A stretch of 64,000 nucleotides of DNA from the NCBI GenBank assembly GCA_964106915.2, contig OZ066920.1, one strand, 5' to 3'. The DNA comes from Podarcis gaigeae. Lineage: Eukaryota. The notes beneath the pieces were generated by a model. The model was not told the origin of the DNA and ran no database searches. It saw only the letters and a program-made list of their open reading frames with translations. The position numbers were made by a program, and so were the translations under genes. Below are positions 1-12,444 of this stretch, piece by piece. Numbering within the stretch: the stretch's first letter is position 1; every line of letters starts with the position of its first letter.

Positions 1-871
1 AATGCTGTGACAGGACGTGCATCTGGATACGATTTGGGTCCCTGCTATTGTAGTTACAATAAGGGCACTGGTAAAACTGAAAAACATCCAACAAAGATTC
101 AGCCCATTAGACAAAGCTTGCTTAACGCCCTGAGCAAATCGTCTGTCACTACAGTATTACTAGCCCTCTTTTCAAGATGGTGCATCTTCTCCTGTCGCCT
201 GCCACCTACAGTATCTTCCATCAATTCCTCACTACCTTCAGCCTCTATCAATACCCAGATACACAACTCACATGGGAAGACCACTGCCATGAAAAAAGGT
301 GCAGGTTTAGAAGGAAGGGGGAGACCTGACTAGTCATGGGGGGGGGGGGGGTTGGCAGCAAAAGAAGAGTTTGGATACCATGTAAGTGAACTCCTTAGCT
401 TATATGGTTTTATAATTTTTATCTCATGACATCTGTTATTTTATAACACAGTATCTACTGAGTGGCCGGTCAGGAATCATCTAGAAAGAAATAATGCACC
501 TGTGGCTTAAAATATCAGATAATGGTAGCTGGGGTAAGTTTTGGACATGTTCTCTTTGGGATTCTGGATTTTTAATTATTTTCCTCTGTAGGTCTCCCAA
601 GCATCCAAACATGCATATATAGTGCTTTGGTAACTAGTTCTGACATAAGGATTTGCTTCTTATGATAAATGTGGGCCCTTTTATCTTTTTGCAACACTGA
701 CAAGGTCAGGAAGATGAACTAGGGGGACAAGGTTTTCCAGCTGGTCTGAGTTGGCAGGGCCAACACAGCCCCTGATGAATTAGCATGACATAGGAATTCA
801 CCCCCCCCAAATATTTATGACATAAGAAAAACAATGCTACAAGGCAGTAAGGATCTAACAATACACTTTAC

Positions 872-1005
872 CTGTTCGTGACCAAACTTATTTTCCTCAG
901 AAAGTTTGGACTTTTTGGGTGCTCCATCTTCTTCTTTAGCCGGAAGTAGTGGTTGTTCCCCTGCTGCAGTAATTACTTTTGGTTCCTTCTCTGGTGTGTT
1001 TATTC
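872..1005 (-). CDS. Internal coding exon (134 nt, phase 1 to phase 0) of an unidentified minus-strand gene; encodes (G)INTPEKEPKVITAAGEQPLLPAKEEDGAPKKSKLSEENKFGHEQ
   Basis: Minus strand: T-rich tract ...gtatttttacatgttgtcttggaagcag| acceptor and CAG|GTAAAG donor. The frame is open with protein-like charged composition. The start phase matches the end phase of the 12322-12444 exon (G+GA = Gly). Confidence 0.75.
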
Positions 1006-3814
1006 CTGCTTCCAAGACAACATGTAAAAATACATTATAAAGAGCTAACAGATTGCTGGGTTTGCTGTGACTGCAACCCCTTAGGGTGTCTTATTGCAAT
1101 TTTAAATATTGCAGGGCTCCTTATTAAAGTTAAACCATTTTTGAAACTGAACAGGTACAAAGGTGACAGCACACTTATCTCTGAAGCAGAGCAGACTCTA
1201 TAAATACATTAAAAATGTACTCTTCTCTCTTGTTTAGATAACCTTATGTTGCTCTAAACAGTAATCAATAACTAGCTCTCTAGTATCTCAGTCTGAAATT
1301 TTATACCACATTAAGAGAAACAAGTTTCACCTTCAATTCTTTGCTCTTCATTTAATTTGCAAGCATTTAAATATTATTTCCCCCTTTAAAATACTGAAGG
1401 AGCACAATTATTATGTTATTCAAATAAAGCCACCACATTACCAAATTTAGTAACCCCTATGAAAAAAGAAAGGTTATTGAACAGCTAAAAATTAATTGTA
1501 CACAAAGATCAGTCTTCTTTGTTGCATTGAATGTTTACCTGATGTTTAAATGTTTCTACAATGTTTTTAAAAGCAATAATAGTATTATTATTTTAATATA
1601 TTTTTAAGAGTATGTATTAAATTATATATTTAATATTCAGTCTGAGCTAGCTGCATAATACAGTGAGGATTGCACACATCAAAGAAAAGAGTGCAGTTCT
1701 AATTTCCCAGTCCATAAGAAAATTCTTTCCAGTGTCAATTTGCCAGATAATCTCTTCTGCTAGGCTGGATANNNNNNNNNNNNNNNNNNNNNNNNNNNNN
1801 NNNNNNNNNNNNNNNNNNNNNNNNNNNNNNNNNNNNNNNNNNNNNNNNNNNNNNNNNNNNNNNNNNNNNNNNNNNNNNNNNNNNNNNNNNNNNNNNNNNN
1901 NNNNNNNNNNNNNNNNNNNNNNNNNNNNNNNNNNNNNNNNNNNNNNNNNNNNNNNNNNNNNNNNNNNNNNNNNNNNNNNNNNNNNNNNNNNNNNNNNNNN
2001 NNNNNNNNNNNNNNNNNNNNNNNNNNNNNNNNNNNNNNNNNNNNNNNNNNNNNNNATTGTCCAGGGGTAATCTGACTGTATGTTGTGCATGAAGATTTAT
2101 CTTGATTTTCAAAATCCACGTGGAGTTCACATAAATGAACAAATTGAACCTTGTTGTCTAATAACCTAGCTTTAATTTTAAAATAAGGTTATGGCAATTA
2201 CTGAAACAAAAGCTAAAAAAAAATACTTGTAGAAAATATCAGGAAAGCAGGACCTTGAGAGGATGACAAGAATGGCTATATAGTTAACTTTGAAAAATGG
2301 GGGCATCATTTGAAAAAATATATATAACACTGTACTAATTAAGAAGACATATTATGAAAGGACCAAATATATATTTTTGTGTAGGTACTTTTTAAATATA
2401 TGAATGCAGTTTATGATGAATGCATTGAACTGATTCCTGTATTTCATCCCTATTGTTAAATTTAATTAGGAACACGCCAGTATTGGTGGTAAAAGTATCT
2501 TCTCTGACATTTTTAACAGAATGACTGATTGATCAACATGAACACAATAGATTGCATAGTAATAGCCAGGGCCTTGCCTTTGGTTAAGGAACTACATTAT
2601 TTTAAGACCAAAAATATATGATTTCCCAGTCATTCCAACTTTAAGCCATATTAAATATTTGCATAATTGGAACACTGTATTAAACACAGAAGCATGATAA
2701 CTTACTTCTGATTCACTTGTGGCAACACACCCCTGCACTTCCTATAAATCAACAGGATGGCATTTTAAGTGACTTTTTTTTTTTTTTAAAGGAAAGACCT
2801 ATGAGAAACAAGGAGCCAAAAGGTTTTGTAAAAGGTGGTGAAGATCTACTCCATGCATTGGAAAGCTACACCAGTTGGTGTCTACCTTGGCTGTGAATTC
2901 TGGGAGATCTGCTCCCTGCCTTGCAGGCCTTTTCCCACCTAGCCTGGGAGGGTGCGGCCCTAACTGACTCCAGCTACAGAAGCTGAGGCTGGGGAAGAGG
3001 CCAGAGGACTGCCTCTTGGTGCAAACCCAAGTCATCAAGCCTGAGCTCCCACAGCCATCACCATGAACCACCATTGGCAGGACTGACAGACTTAAGATAA
3101 TATTTTTAGTCTCTTCCTAATTGTGCTGTTTTAAAGGTGCACTTTATATCTGACTTCCCCTTTTAATGTTAAGATGATTTTTTTCGGAGGGGGGATTCAC
3201 TTTGCTGCGTCAAATGTGCATTCCAAATTTATATCCTTTGCAATTTCAAAATCTTTAAATGTAAATAAGAACAATTAAAGCATTTAAAAGACAACAGTAG
3301 CAAACTAAAAGTTCAAGCAGATAGGAGATCATACCTTAAAAGCTGACTGAAATAAAAGCCAGCTAAAGATGGATAAAGGCAGCTTAGCTCTGGGTAGGTA
3401 GGTAGATTCTCTTTTTCTACCTCCCTGACATCACCTTATCTGATCTCACAGTCTGGGCAAATTAGGAACGTAGCAACAGGAAAACTGGTATGCCCATCAA
3501 CAATCAAAGCACCATGCAGGGCTCTTTATAAACCTCATACAGAGATTCCTGCAATGCACTTTGGAGTCCCACCAATCACACTTCAGAAGCCAGAAGTGCA
3601 GCACTTTAGAAGCCCTGCCTATCACCTGATTGGCAGGGCTTCAGAAACCCATTTTGGCCCAGCCTAGCCGTGTTTTTAGCTGCTTGCATTGGAAATCATA
3701 TATGACATCACTGATGTGCAGGTGGAATGTGGCTTGGACAAAATGGCCTGGTTGGCGTCATTAGGCCTGCAACCATCCCTAGTGCACACTGGCCACTAGG
3801 GTTTCAGACAGGAG

Positions 3815-3895
3815 TTTTCTTCTGTTGCAGATGCCAGGGATTGAATTTGGGACCTTTTGCATTCAAGCCATGTGCTCTACTACAGAGCTACACCC
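3815..3895 (-). mobile_element. Degenerate tRNA-derived SINE head
   Basis: Reverse complement reads tagctctgtagtagagcacatggcttgaatgcaaaaggtcccaaattcaatccctggca, with A-box and B-box-like tRNA motifs. Confidence 0.55.
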
Positions 3896-4019
3896 CTTTG
3901 TATGATAGCAGACACTTTCTGTGGCAATGCAGTTATAAGCCATTTAATACGATACTAGTCAATACAAGCACTTAAACATCAACCTCAGAAACAATGGGCA
4001 TCCAATACAGATGAAGATC

Positions 4020-5160
4020 AATCTATACACTCTGATCATTTAGTGCCATACAGCAGCCTGGCAACATCAACTGAATTTTCCAGACTGTGTTTGAGGGCAG
4101 CCCATAGAGAACATATTAACTCTGTGTGGAAGTGACAAGCCAGATCACCTTCTCCAGGATGAATTAGCTGAAGTTAGTAAAAGACACTCATAGTGCCCAC
4201 TCAAGTGACAGACTAAGAAGTACCCCAGGTTGCATAACCATTACTTCAAGGGAGCACTTATACCAGGAATTTAGCCCACTTAATTCTGTATTATTCTGAA
4301 TATGTTTCTGTTTGTCTACCTAGTCCTGAACCAACTTCACACACTGGTTTGTTAGCAACACACCCTCCCTGGGATTAGAAAATGAAAACAGGCAGACTAG
4401 TGATGACACTTCAACCTATACCTCCAGTTGACCTATCTCAGGGGTTTTGTGCAGATGTTAAAAAGCATGGGGAAGAAGCTGGAACGCTGTTCCATGGGGT
4501 AAAATAGCAGTCTTCCAGCACCACATTGAGTCCCTCTCGGGAATAAGCAGAACCACTTCCAGAAAATTCAGCCATCACACCCCACATAAACCAGTCCTCC
4601 AGCCAAGTACAAACTCTAGCAAAGGACAAACACCAAGAGCAATCAAGGCAGTTTCTGTTCCAAAACCTGATTGGAAAGGATCCTACTATCAGCCTGGACC
4701 AGACATGTCACCACATACTTCAAACTTTTACCCAAAATGGTAGGTTTGATACTGGATGTGAGATGTTAGGATTGTTCAGATATAAATTTATTTCCCTAAA
4801 CCCCCACAACTCACCCCCAAATTATCTGAAACACTGCATCTTTCAAGGCTGCAAGCAGCCTCAATCAGAGAGCCATTAACATATTTAGTGGTTGGCCTTA
4901 GTTCTTCAAATAACCTGGTCCATAACCTCTGGATGAACAAGTTTAAATTACCAGATGGACCTCATGTTAAAACCATCTCTGATTCTAAGTGGTGTCTAAG
5001 TCAGAAACCATGAAAGTGATTTTATTTGTGCAATAGTTGGCAAATAGGTCCCAGCAGCTCGTCTTGCTGGTCATAATAAGAAAGACTTCTAACCACATGA
5101 AATAGGTCTGCTGCACAACACTGAAAAGATGCATAACAGGGCTGTGACAGCAGCCATGTT
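4020..5160 (-). mobile_element. Highly decayed LINE (probably L2 clade) ORF2 relic; boundaries approximate
   Basis: Composition and short motifs resemble antisense L2 reverse-transcriptase sequence. No intact ORF. Confidence 0.4.
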
Positions 5161-5175
5161 GTTGATATTGTGGTG

Positions 5176-5250
5176 TTTATTATTAAATTAGTATACTGCC
5201 CGCCATTCATAGATCTCAGGGCGGCTCACAATATAAAATTACAAGATAAA
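5176..5250 (-). mobile_element. L2-type 3' tail fragment
   Basis: tttattattaaattagtatactgcccgcc...tctcagggcggctcacaa is the typical antisense L2/L2-SINE terminal stem plus A-rich tail. Confidence 0.55.
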
Positions 5251-5996
5251 AACACACAAAATACATTATAAAATGTATTGTTGCAGTCTATATGGGTCAG
5301 AGAGTGCCATCATTGAATTTCTGCATATGACATTATACATTTTTTCCCAGAGAATTTTGCCTGAAAATCTGGTTTGATGACAAAATGCCTTTGAGGAAGC
5401 AGGAAAAACAGGAAAAAACTATTTCAGAAATGTCTCAGAGTTGACATGTCAATGTCAATGTACCCCCTAAAACAAGAACTACAGTGTTAATCAAATCTAT
5501 GATTTATACCAACTGAGAGTCACTTCTGATAATTGATATAATATTGAAAGATAAGTACTTTTGGAAATTTTTCACTACTAGACTCTCCTTTCACGACAAT
5601 CTGAACAAAAAACTTCATGCTGGATTCTCAAAATCATTTGTATTTGCAAAACAGACACATTTGGCACACTCACTATGTCAATGCCCTTGAACCACCACAT
5701 GACACAAGATTAACAGTACTATGAACAATTCCTATACCTTAGGTGTTCATATCTGTAGGAAGCTTGATTGATGTTGCTGCTTTGATTTGACACCTTGTTT
5801 GAAGGTTTTTGAATTTTTGAATTTGGATTTGATAAGGAATTAAAATGCAGATATTTTTGGAAATGAAATGCCTAGTTATCATGTGAATACTATGTTCTAA
5901 CTTCCCATAGTCCTGTAAATTCTGAAAACCTATACAGTACATATACCCCAACAGAAACACCATGACCACCACATCTACATCACTATTGATAAGGAT

Positions 5997-7090
5997 ATAA
6001 GAAGGGCCTGCTGAATCAGACCAATGGCTCATCTAATGCACTGTCCTGTTATCACAGTGGCCAACCAAATGCCTTTATGAAACCTGCAAGCAGGACCCAA
6101 GCACAAGAACAGTCTTCCCCTACTCCCACTGTGGCTTACGGTAACTTGTATTCAGAAACATTACCACCTCTGACTGTGGAGACACAGCATAACCACCATG
6201 GTTAGTAGCAATTAATAGCCTTATAGCCCATGAAATTATCCAATCCTCTTTTAAACCCATCCAAGTTGGTGGCCATCATGGCCTCCTGTGGGAGCAAGAT
6301 CCGTAGTTTAACTATGTGCTGCATGAAGTAGTACTACCTTTTATGTTATGAATCTTCCAATATTCAGCTTCATTGGATGTCTACAAGTTCTATTGTTATG
6401 AGAGAGAAAGAAAATAATTCCTCTATCCACTTTCTCAATGCATAATTTCATAAACTTTAACAACTGTACAATATTCTTTTTAAAGTGAAACAAGAACTGT
6501 ACGCAGTATAATGGCACTATATTAACAGTTTTATTTTCCATTTATTTCTTAATGATTCCTAGCATGGAATTTGCCTTTTGTACAACTGCCACACACTGAG
6601 TTGACACCTTCATTGAGCTTTCCGTTATGGCTCCAATATTTCATTCTAGGTCAGTTCAGTCACCTCCAGTTCAGCTTCCAAAAGCATACAAGTGAAATTA
6701 ATACATTTTGTCCCAACATGCAGCACTTTATACTTGTTACATTGAATTGCACCTGCCATTCTGTTGCCCATTCAAGAAGTTTGGAGAGATCCTTTTAGAA
6801 CTCTTCAAAATCACTTATTGTTTTAATGACCCAGAACAATAGTATCATCTGAAAACCTGGTCACCTCACTGCTCACTCTCAATTGTTTATGAACACATTA
6901 AAAAGCACAGGTCCCACTACGAATCCTTGGGGGTCTCTACTTTCTACCTTGTGAAAAGCTTTTTGAAAGCCCAAGTATACTATGTTAACTGGATCACTTC
7001 TATCTATAGGTTTGTTGACATTATTAAAAAGCTAATAGGTTTGTGAGACATGACTTGCCATTGCAGAAGCCAGGCTGGTGCTGCTTCAGC
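5997..7090 (-). mobile_element. CR1 (L3-type) LINE 3' portion, decayed
   Basis: Begins with antisense CR1 3' UTR (ataagaagggcctgctgaatcagaccaatggctcatcta...cacagtggccaacc) and continues into RT-derived sequence. Clearly similar to 60058-61262 and, inverted, to 59345-59905. Confidence 0.8.
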
Positions 7091-7224
7091 AAGACTTGTT
7101 ATTCTGTTTGTTATCTTATCCTTTGCAATACTTTCCACCTGTTTTTCTGGGATCACAAATACAAATACAGTATACCAAAGCATAGACCTGCTACCTCTAC
7201 CACACTGGGATATCCAGTACACTA

Positions 7225-7552
7225 CAGTGGTACCTTGGTTTGCATATGTCTTGGTTTGCATACGTTTTGGATTACAAACATGTCAAACCCAGAAGTGTGT
7301 GTCCCAGTTTGCAACCTTTTTTTGGATTACAAAAAACCCAAGGCGCGCTTTCGCCAATGGGGCCTCCCAAAAAGAATTGTTCGTAATCCCAAAGAAATGG
7401 GTTGCAACCTTTTTTTGGATTACAACCCATTTCTTTGGGATTACGAACAATTCTTTTTGGGAGGCCCCATTGGCGAAAGCGCGCCTTGGGTTACAACCTG
7501 TTTTGGTTAACAAATGGACCTCCGGAACTGTACTACTTTTAGAACTGCACTG
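7225..7552. mobile_element. Tc1/Mariner (pogo/Tigger-like) MITE with an internal fold-back duplication
   Basis: TA + CAGTGGTACCT left end and CACTG + TA right end. Same terminal sequence as 47177-47383. The right TIR is disrupted by a 21-bp direct duplication (7527-7547 / 7549-7569). Confidence 0.7.
7335..7492. repeat. Perfect 70-bp inverted repeat with 18-nt loop
   Basis: 7335-7404 is the exact reverse complement of 7423-7492; also visible as the same peptide in the + and - ORF tracks. Confidence 0.95.
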
Positions 7553-9599
7553 TACTACTTTTAGAACTGATATTCATTCATACTATTGTTTAACCACAGT
7601 TTGTTTCCTTCTATATAGCTAAATAGATAAGTGTTTACTTCTACAGGGTGATTCCCATAGTAGATGGCCCATCAGTACATGTTTCATCATAATACATGCA
7701 TCAGGAAACAAATCTTCAGTTCCATTTTTGACATGTGTATGGGTAATAAAAATTACTTAAGTATAAGAATTAAATCTAAGAAAAACAAGATAAGCTTTTC
7801 TAGCACAGTACTGCACAAGAACACACTAGTGTTCTTTCAAGGTTTCAGCACCTTAGCAAGATAAATTTAGATCAGTACTGACGTTCTCATATGAGAGGTA
7901 CCAGTACCTGTGCTATGAATATGATACACTCAGCCATGGAAACTTTTTGCCCACATTCCAGATTTGTTATGACTATTCAGTGATGCAGGAAAACCATTTC
8001 AAAATTATTATTTCAAATGTCTGAGGTTTGAGCTCTGCAAATTAAATTTCCAGAACTAAAGGTAGGTAAGCCCTGTCTTCCATTAAGCCCCTGTTAAAAT
8101 TAGAAAGAGGGTGGGGAGGAAATCCCCTACATAAATAACAAATATTTCTATACCTGATTGAAAGTGCTAGCTCTATTTTTTTTTTATCATGGAGCAAGAG
8201 ACAGGGGCATCTGTGTCTGGAAAGAGTGGCAGGAGCAAGTACTTCCAGCTAGAAAAAAATAGCTGTTACCATTTCATTTCTTAAATGTTAGAAGTTAGAT
8301 GCATAATATTAGCAACACTTCATATCCAAACAAAAATGTGTAAAAACAGATATAAAACGGAAAACAAATTAACTGTATTTTAGCTGGGGTCACTGGAATG
8401 CTCTGCCTCTTAATCTATATCCAATAGAACCAATGCAGTACACAGACTAGGTCTAGTATGTTCTCTGTGTGGTGAATTTGGTATTTTAACAAGTTTCCTG
8501 TGAAGGGAGTGAGCCAAAGTTAAACCTTTGCACAACTAGCTGTTGCCAAAACAGCAGCAGTTTAAAGGGGTATGGTCTGATTTATGTGACACTTGTACTA
8601 TTCATTGAACTGACAATGCATTATTTAATAAGGAGATTTGGAAAAGTATAAATAATGCTTTTCTACATGTATCTCACCTCTGCATCTTAAAGACAATTGG
8701 TAAGACAACTGCTGGTGGTTGCATAGATCTAAATTACTGTGTAACAAACACTTTTGTCTGCTTTATATTCCACATGTGGAAGCTACCCAAAATGCCTCCA
8801 TGTTATCATGTTTAATTAACATTGTGGGGCATAAATGCTAGTATTCGGCTTAATGTGACTATGCCCCATTTATGTTTAAGTCAAAAATTCTGGCTCAGAA
8901 AGCCACCATATGCACAAATGATGTGCACTTGCTTGCATTTCCTTTCCTACCACTTTGCCCCACCCATCGAATATGTGAGAAAAGGAACCAGGATTCAGCA
9001 CTATTATTAAGGCTTCAAAACAAGCCAGGATATGGTTTAAAGCTGTCTTAACAATTTAGATTTATTTTTTTTAAGCCAGGGTTCACACATTATGGAAATG
9101 TATGGTTAATTCCTGGATCCTAGTTAATTTTGCCACATATGAAAGGTGAGAAAAGTCTTTGGAAAGGGGTTATCCGCAGGTGCAAGTCGTTTGACACTGA
9201 GCCAAGAGATTTGGTTTAGTTTCATGTGAGAATGCTGCCATTGTGATTTAGTTCCGTAGTGAAGAATGTGTTACATGAACATCAGCTGTTACCAAAATTG
9301 TGCAGCACTGGGATGAGCAAATTCCATGTCATTGATTGATTCATGAGGTGACCAGAATATTATGCTGCACTGCCTGGTCCATGTTCACATGAGGGTTTAA
9401 TATATGAAGTAGGCCTCATATGGAACACAATGCTCATGTAAGATCATCCCTGTTACCTATTTTTCTATGACAAATTATTTCTCATCCTATGTCTAATATG
9501 ACTAATTGTCAATCTTTTCTACATTTTTGCACAAGTACTGAAACAGAAAAGTGATCCATCTAAGTCCAAAGCAGCACTGAATTAAAAATAAGCATTTAA

Positions 9600-9685
9600 G
9601 GCTGCAGCCCTATGCATGCCTAGCAAAGAGCAAGTTGTACTTAATACAGTGGGTTTTATGAGTAAACATGTATGAGGGAGCGCTG
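9600..9685. mobile_element. ~86-bp palindromic MITE (PIF/Harbinger-like), TAA-flanked
   Basis: TAA|ggctgcagccctatgcatg...catgtatgagggagcgctg|TAA; same family as 31245-31333 and 55034-55121. Confidence 0.55.
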
Positions 9686-10979
9686 TAAAAGTAGAATAGT
9701 CAGATGTAGGGATTCGCAGCATTTTTTTTTAAAAAAAGCTATGGAAAAAGGTTATGTTAATAAGTGTGGAAATTCAGTACATTGTGTGCACAAATAAAAA
9801 AAAGTACTAAAAAAACCCCTATAAGCATGCTGGTTCATTATTTATACTGAATTTGGTTTAAAATGTATAATTTAGTACTTCTGACATATTAGTCAAATCC
9901 AAAATAATTTTAAAATTATAAAAGCTAGTACAGTAGTATTTCTAATTAGAGTAGAATTAAATGATAACTTTTATTACGATAATGAAGGTGAATTTCCATT
10001 GCTTCTTGTGTTTACTACTTTGTTAAATAGTGTTCCCCTTAGCCATGTCAGAAACATATTACATTTTCAATGCAAATGTATTAATCTGGGTAAATTCCAT
10101 ATTAATTCTTACACTACGTTGAGATGTAATTTGGATTATAATTAATCTAAAGTGGCACTAGATTTAAATGACAATATAAATGAGGCATTAGGAGGCTCTT
10201 GCCTTCTGAATGAATATTCAGCAAACATAGCTTGATTATTGCCAAGTCTCCATTTGAAAGCCTCAGTTTGAGATAAGGAAGGCAAGGCAGAACAACAGTT
10301 TACAGAACTGTTTGGGCACTAAACATGTTAATCTTTCCTTTTCTAATAGATTTGATGCTAAAGAGTGGTGATAGTATTTTTCTGTCTAACTTGTTAAAGC
10401 TGTGATTAACATATTGGTTTTCCTGGGACTTCTTTGGCAAGATTTTCAACACTTAATTCAGGAGAAGAAAGCCTAAATTAACATTCAATTATACAGAAGC
10501 AGTTATGTGGTCATTATGCATAGTAGTTAGCTGTGCTGAGAATTAAGCCTTTTGAATGAATGCCTGATAATGCAGAATTAGTTTAGAGAGGTCTATCAAA
10601 GAATTCAAAAGGTGAGATTGAGAATTTGAAATACTAACGATTTTCAAGCTAAAACTATCTTACACAGTTTTTTGGTTGCCGTTCTTCAGCAAACACTCCA
10701 GCATTGGTTGGTCCAAATTAAACCTGGTCCATCCAAGAGTATAATTCTCATGGAATCTTAGAAATTTCCCCACACTCTTTCTACTGACAACCACCATTTT
10801 TGCCTATTAGCCAGTTAACATCATGGTTTATTCTAAGTTCTGAGGTCTTTACAGTAGAAAACTAGGTGCATAAGATCTCTGAAAGATATTACAATGCTTT
10901 TTTGATGAAGCACGTGGAAAATGTTTCACAAGTGGCTTTGCCTATTTTTTTCATGACTCTTCCGTGTGGACTTAGTAAT

Positions 10980-11690
10980 GAGCCTGAGCAGAAAGTTCTT
11001 CTGTCCATTACCTTTCTCAGAGAATGTATTTCAAGAAAGGGATAAGCATACTTAAAAAGAAGCCTATAAACATAGAGTCGCTATAGACAGGTCTTCTTCA
11101 GTCCCTGGATTTCAAAAGCTAAATAAACTCAGTGCAATGTAGGCTTCTCAATGGTAATAGAGACTGGCCATAACATTTTGAAAACCAAATGCAAGATGAG
11201 ATTTATTCCTTAAATAAATATGGCATAAAGACCCATCAGTATCTTCACTATGTTTTAAACAATATTTTAGGAGTACTGTACCTTAAAAAATATCAGCCAA
11301 TTCAGTTTTTACTAAACTTGCATGTAAAATGGCATTTTCTGTATAACTAAACGTCTTTATAGTGAATACAAGCACTTTTATATGCTGCTGTCTTTGGAAT
11401 ACAAGGGAAAGATATATGACTACCTGAAACTAATAGGCTTCAACCTGTTTCAGCACTTCTTCTGCTTCAATGAATCCAGCATAATGTAACTAGGAATAGC
11501 GTGCAGCAGAAGTAGCCAATGTAATATTCATTGTGACCATAGATTTCCATCTCATACATAAAAAGCATGGATGAAGTCACATATTTGCCAAATCAAACAC
11601 AGGAAAAGCCTTGTGTATCCATGCCAGATGCTGGCCTTGGGTTTGTTTGTGCACAAGTAAATGTCATGACATAAGAGTTTTGTTTTCAAA
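10980..11690 (-). pseudogene. Probable fossil Ty3/Gypsy-type integrase core (frameshifted, with stops)
   Basis: Manual minus-strand translation gives motifs in integrase order: WQI..LF.YE..MVTMN (cf. WQ.V..DLF...YLVTVDYY), DTDGSLC (cf. SDNGPQF), FKE..FGFQNVMASLYYH (cf. F.EF..YGF.H.TSSPYYP), EEDLSIATL (cf. DPYLALL), VMDRR (cf. LMGRR). Confidence 0.4.
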
Positions 11691-12321
11691 GACAGTAGCT
11701 TTCATTACTGGGCTTTGTATATTCCCAGAGATCAATATTACCCAACTCATAATCCGTTTTCAATGATATTTCCTCTTTCTTAGGCTGAATCATCTGTAAA
11801 CTTTTTCACTGGATTTTCTGTATTCTCCCTCCCCCCAATTAAATACTAGATAAATGCCCAGGAAGAAGGAAGATTCCTGAATCTAAGTGATCATATATCA
11901 AGAACAGGAGCTGGGGTGGGAGAAGAAGCTTTCCTACATTCTTAGGGCTGCAAGGCAAACAAAATTTGAAAGCAGGGGAAATTTTCAAGTGNNNNNNNNN
12001 NNNNNNNNNNNNNNNNNNNNNNNNNNNNNNNNNNNNNNNNNNNNNNNNNNNNNNNNNNNNNNNNNNNNNNNNNNNNNNNNNNNNNNNNNNNNNNNNNNNN
12101 NNNNNNNNNNNNNNNNNNNNNNNNNNNNNNNNNNNNNNNNNNNNNNNNNNNNNNNNNNNNNNNNNNNNNNNNNNNNNNNNNNNNNNNNNNNNNNNNNNNN
12201 NNNNNNNNNNNNNNNNNNNNNNNNNNNNNNNNNNNGATAATAACAGGAATGTCCAGACGGTTTTAAATGAAAGACTATTTAATAAGATTTTTTAAAGAGT
12301 GACAAAATTCTAGCATCTTAC

Positions 12322-12444
12322 CAGAGTCTTTACTAGCTTTTTTGCCTTCACTATTATTTCTCTCTTTCTCACACGTGTCTTTATCATCAGCAACAGACAC
12401 TGATGAGCTTTTAGCAGACCCTTCTGCATCTTCAACTTGTTCTT
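12322..12444 (-). CDS. Internal coding exon (123 nt, symmetric phase 1-1) of the same gene; encodes EQVEDAEGSAKSSSVSVADDKDTCEKERNNSEGKKASKDS(G)
   Basis: Minus strand: strong polypyrimidine tract cttcttttaattttttgtgctcattcgcag| and CTG|GTAAGA donor. Purine-rich, GAA-rich open frame that splices in frame to exon 872-1005. Confidence 0.8.

Noticed and set aside
7-333. ORFs at the window start; a possible LINE ORF1-like relic (VVTDDLLR)
   Set aside because: Too weak to assign; no splice signals or clear motif.
1647-2142. Long ORFs spanning N runs (also near 11.9, 13.0, 27.1, 30.2, 42.0, 43.8 and 45.8 kb)
   Set aside because: Their length comes from X codons across gaps.
7405-7422. Both long hairpins (7335-7492 and 51893-52208) have 18-nt spacers
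   Set aside because: Different element families and unrelated spacer sequences; treated as coincidence.
7043-7622. 155-190 aa ORFs with internal peptide repeats
   Set aside because: By-products of the MITE fold-back and CR1 junction; no splice signals or recognisable protein.
12322-12444. Assigning the host gene a name (weak resemblance of EEQVEDAEG to the acidic tail of MACROD2)
   Set aside because: The similarity is only a few residues in low-complexity sequence; not supportable without a search.
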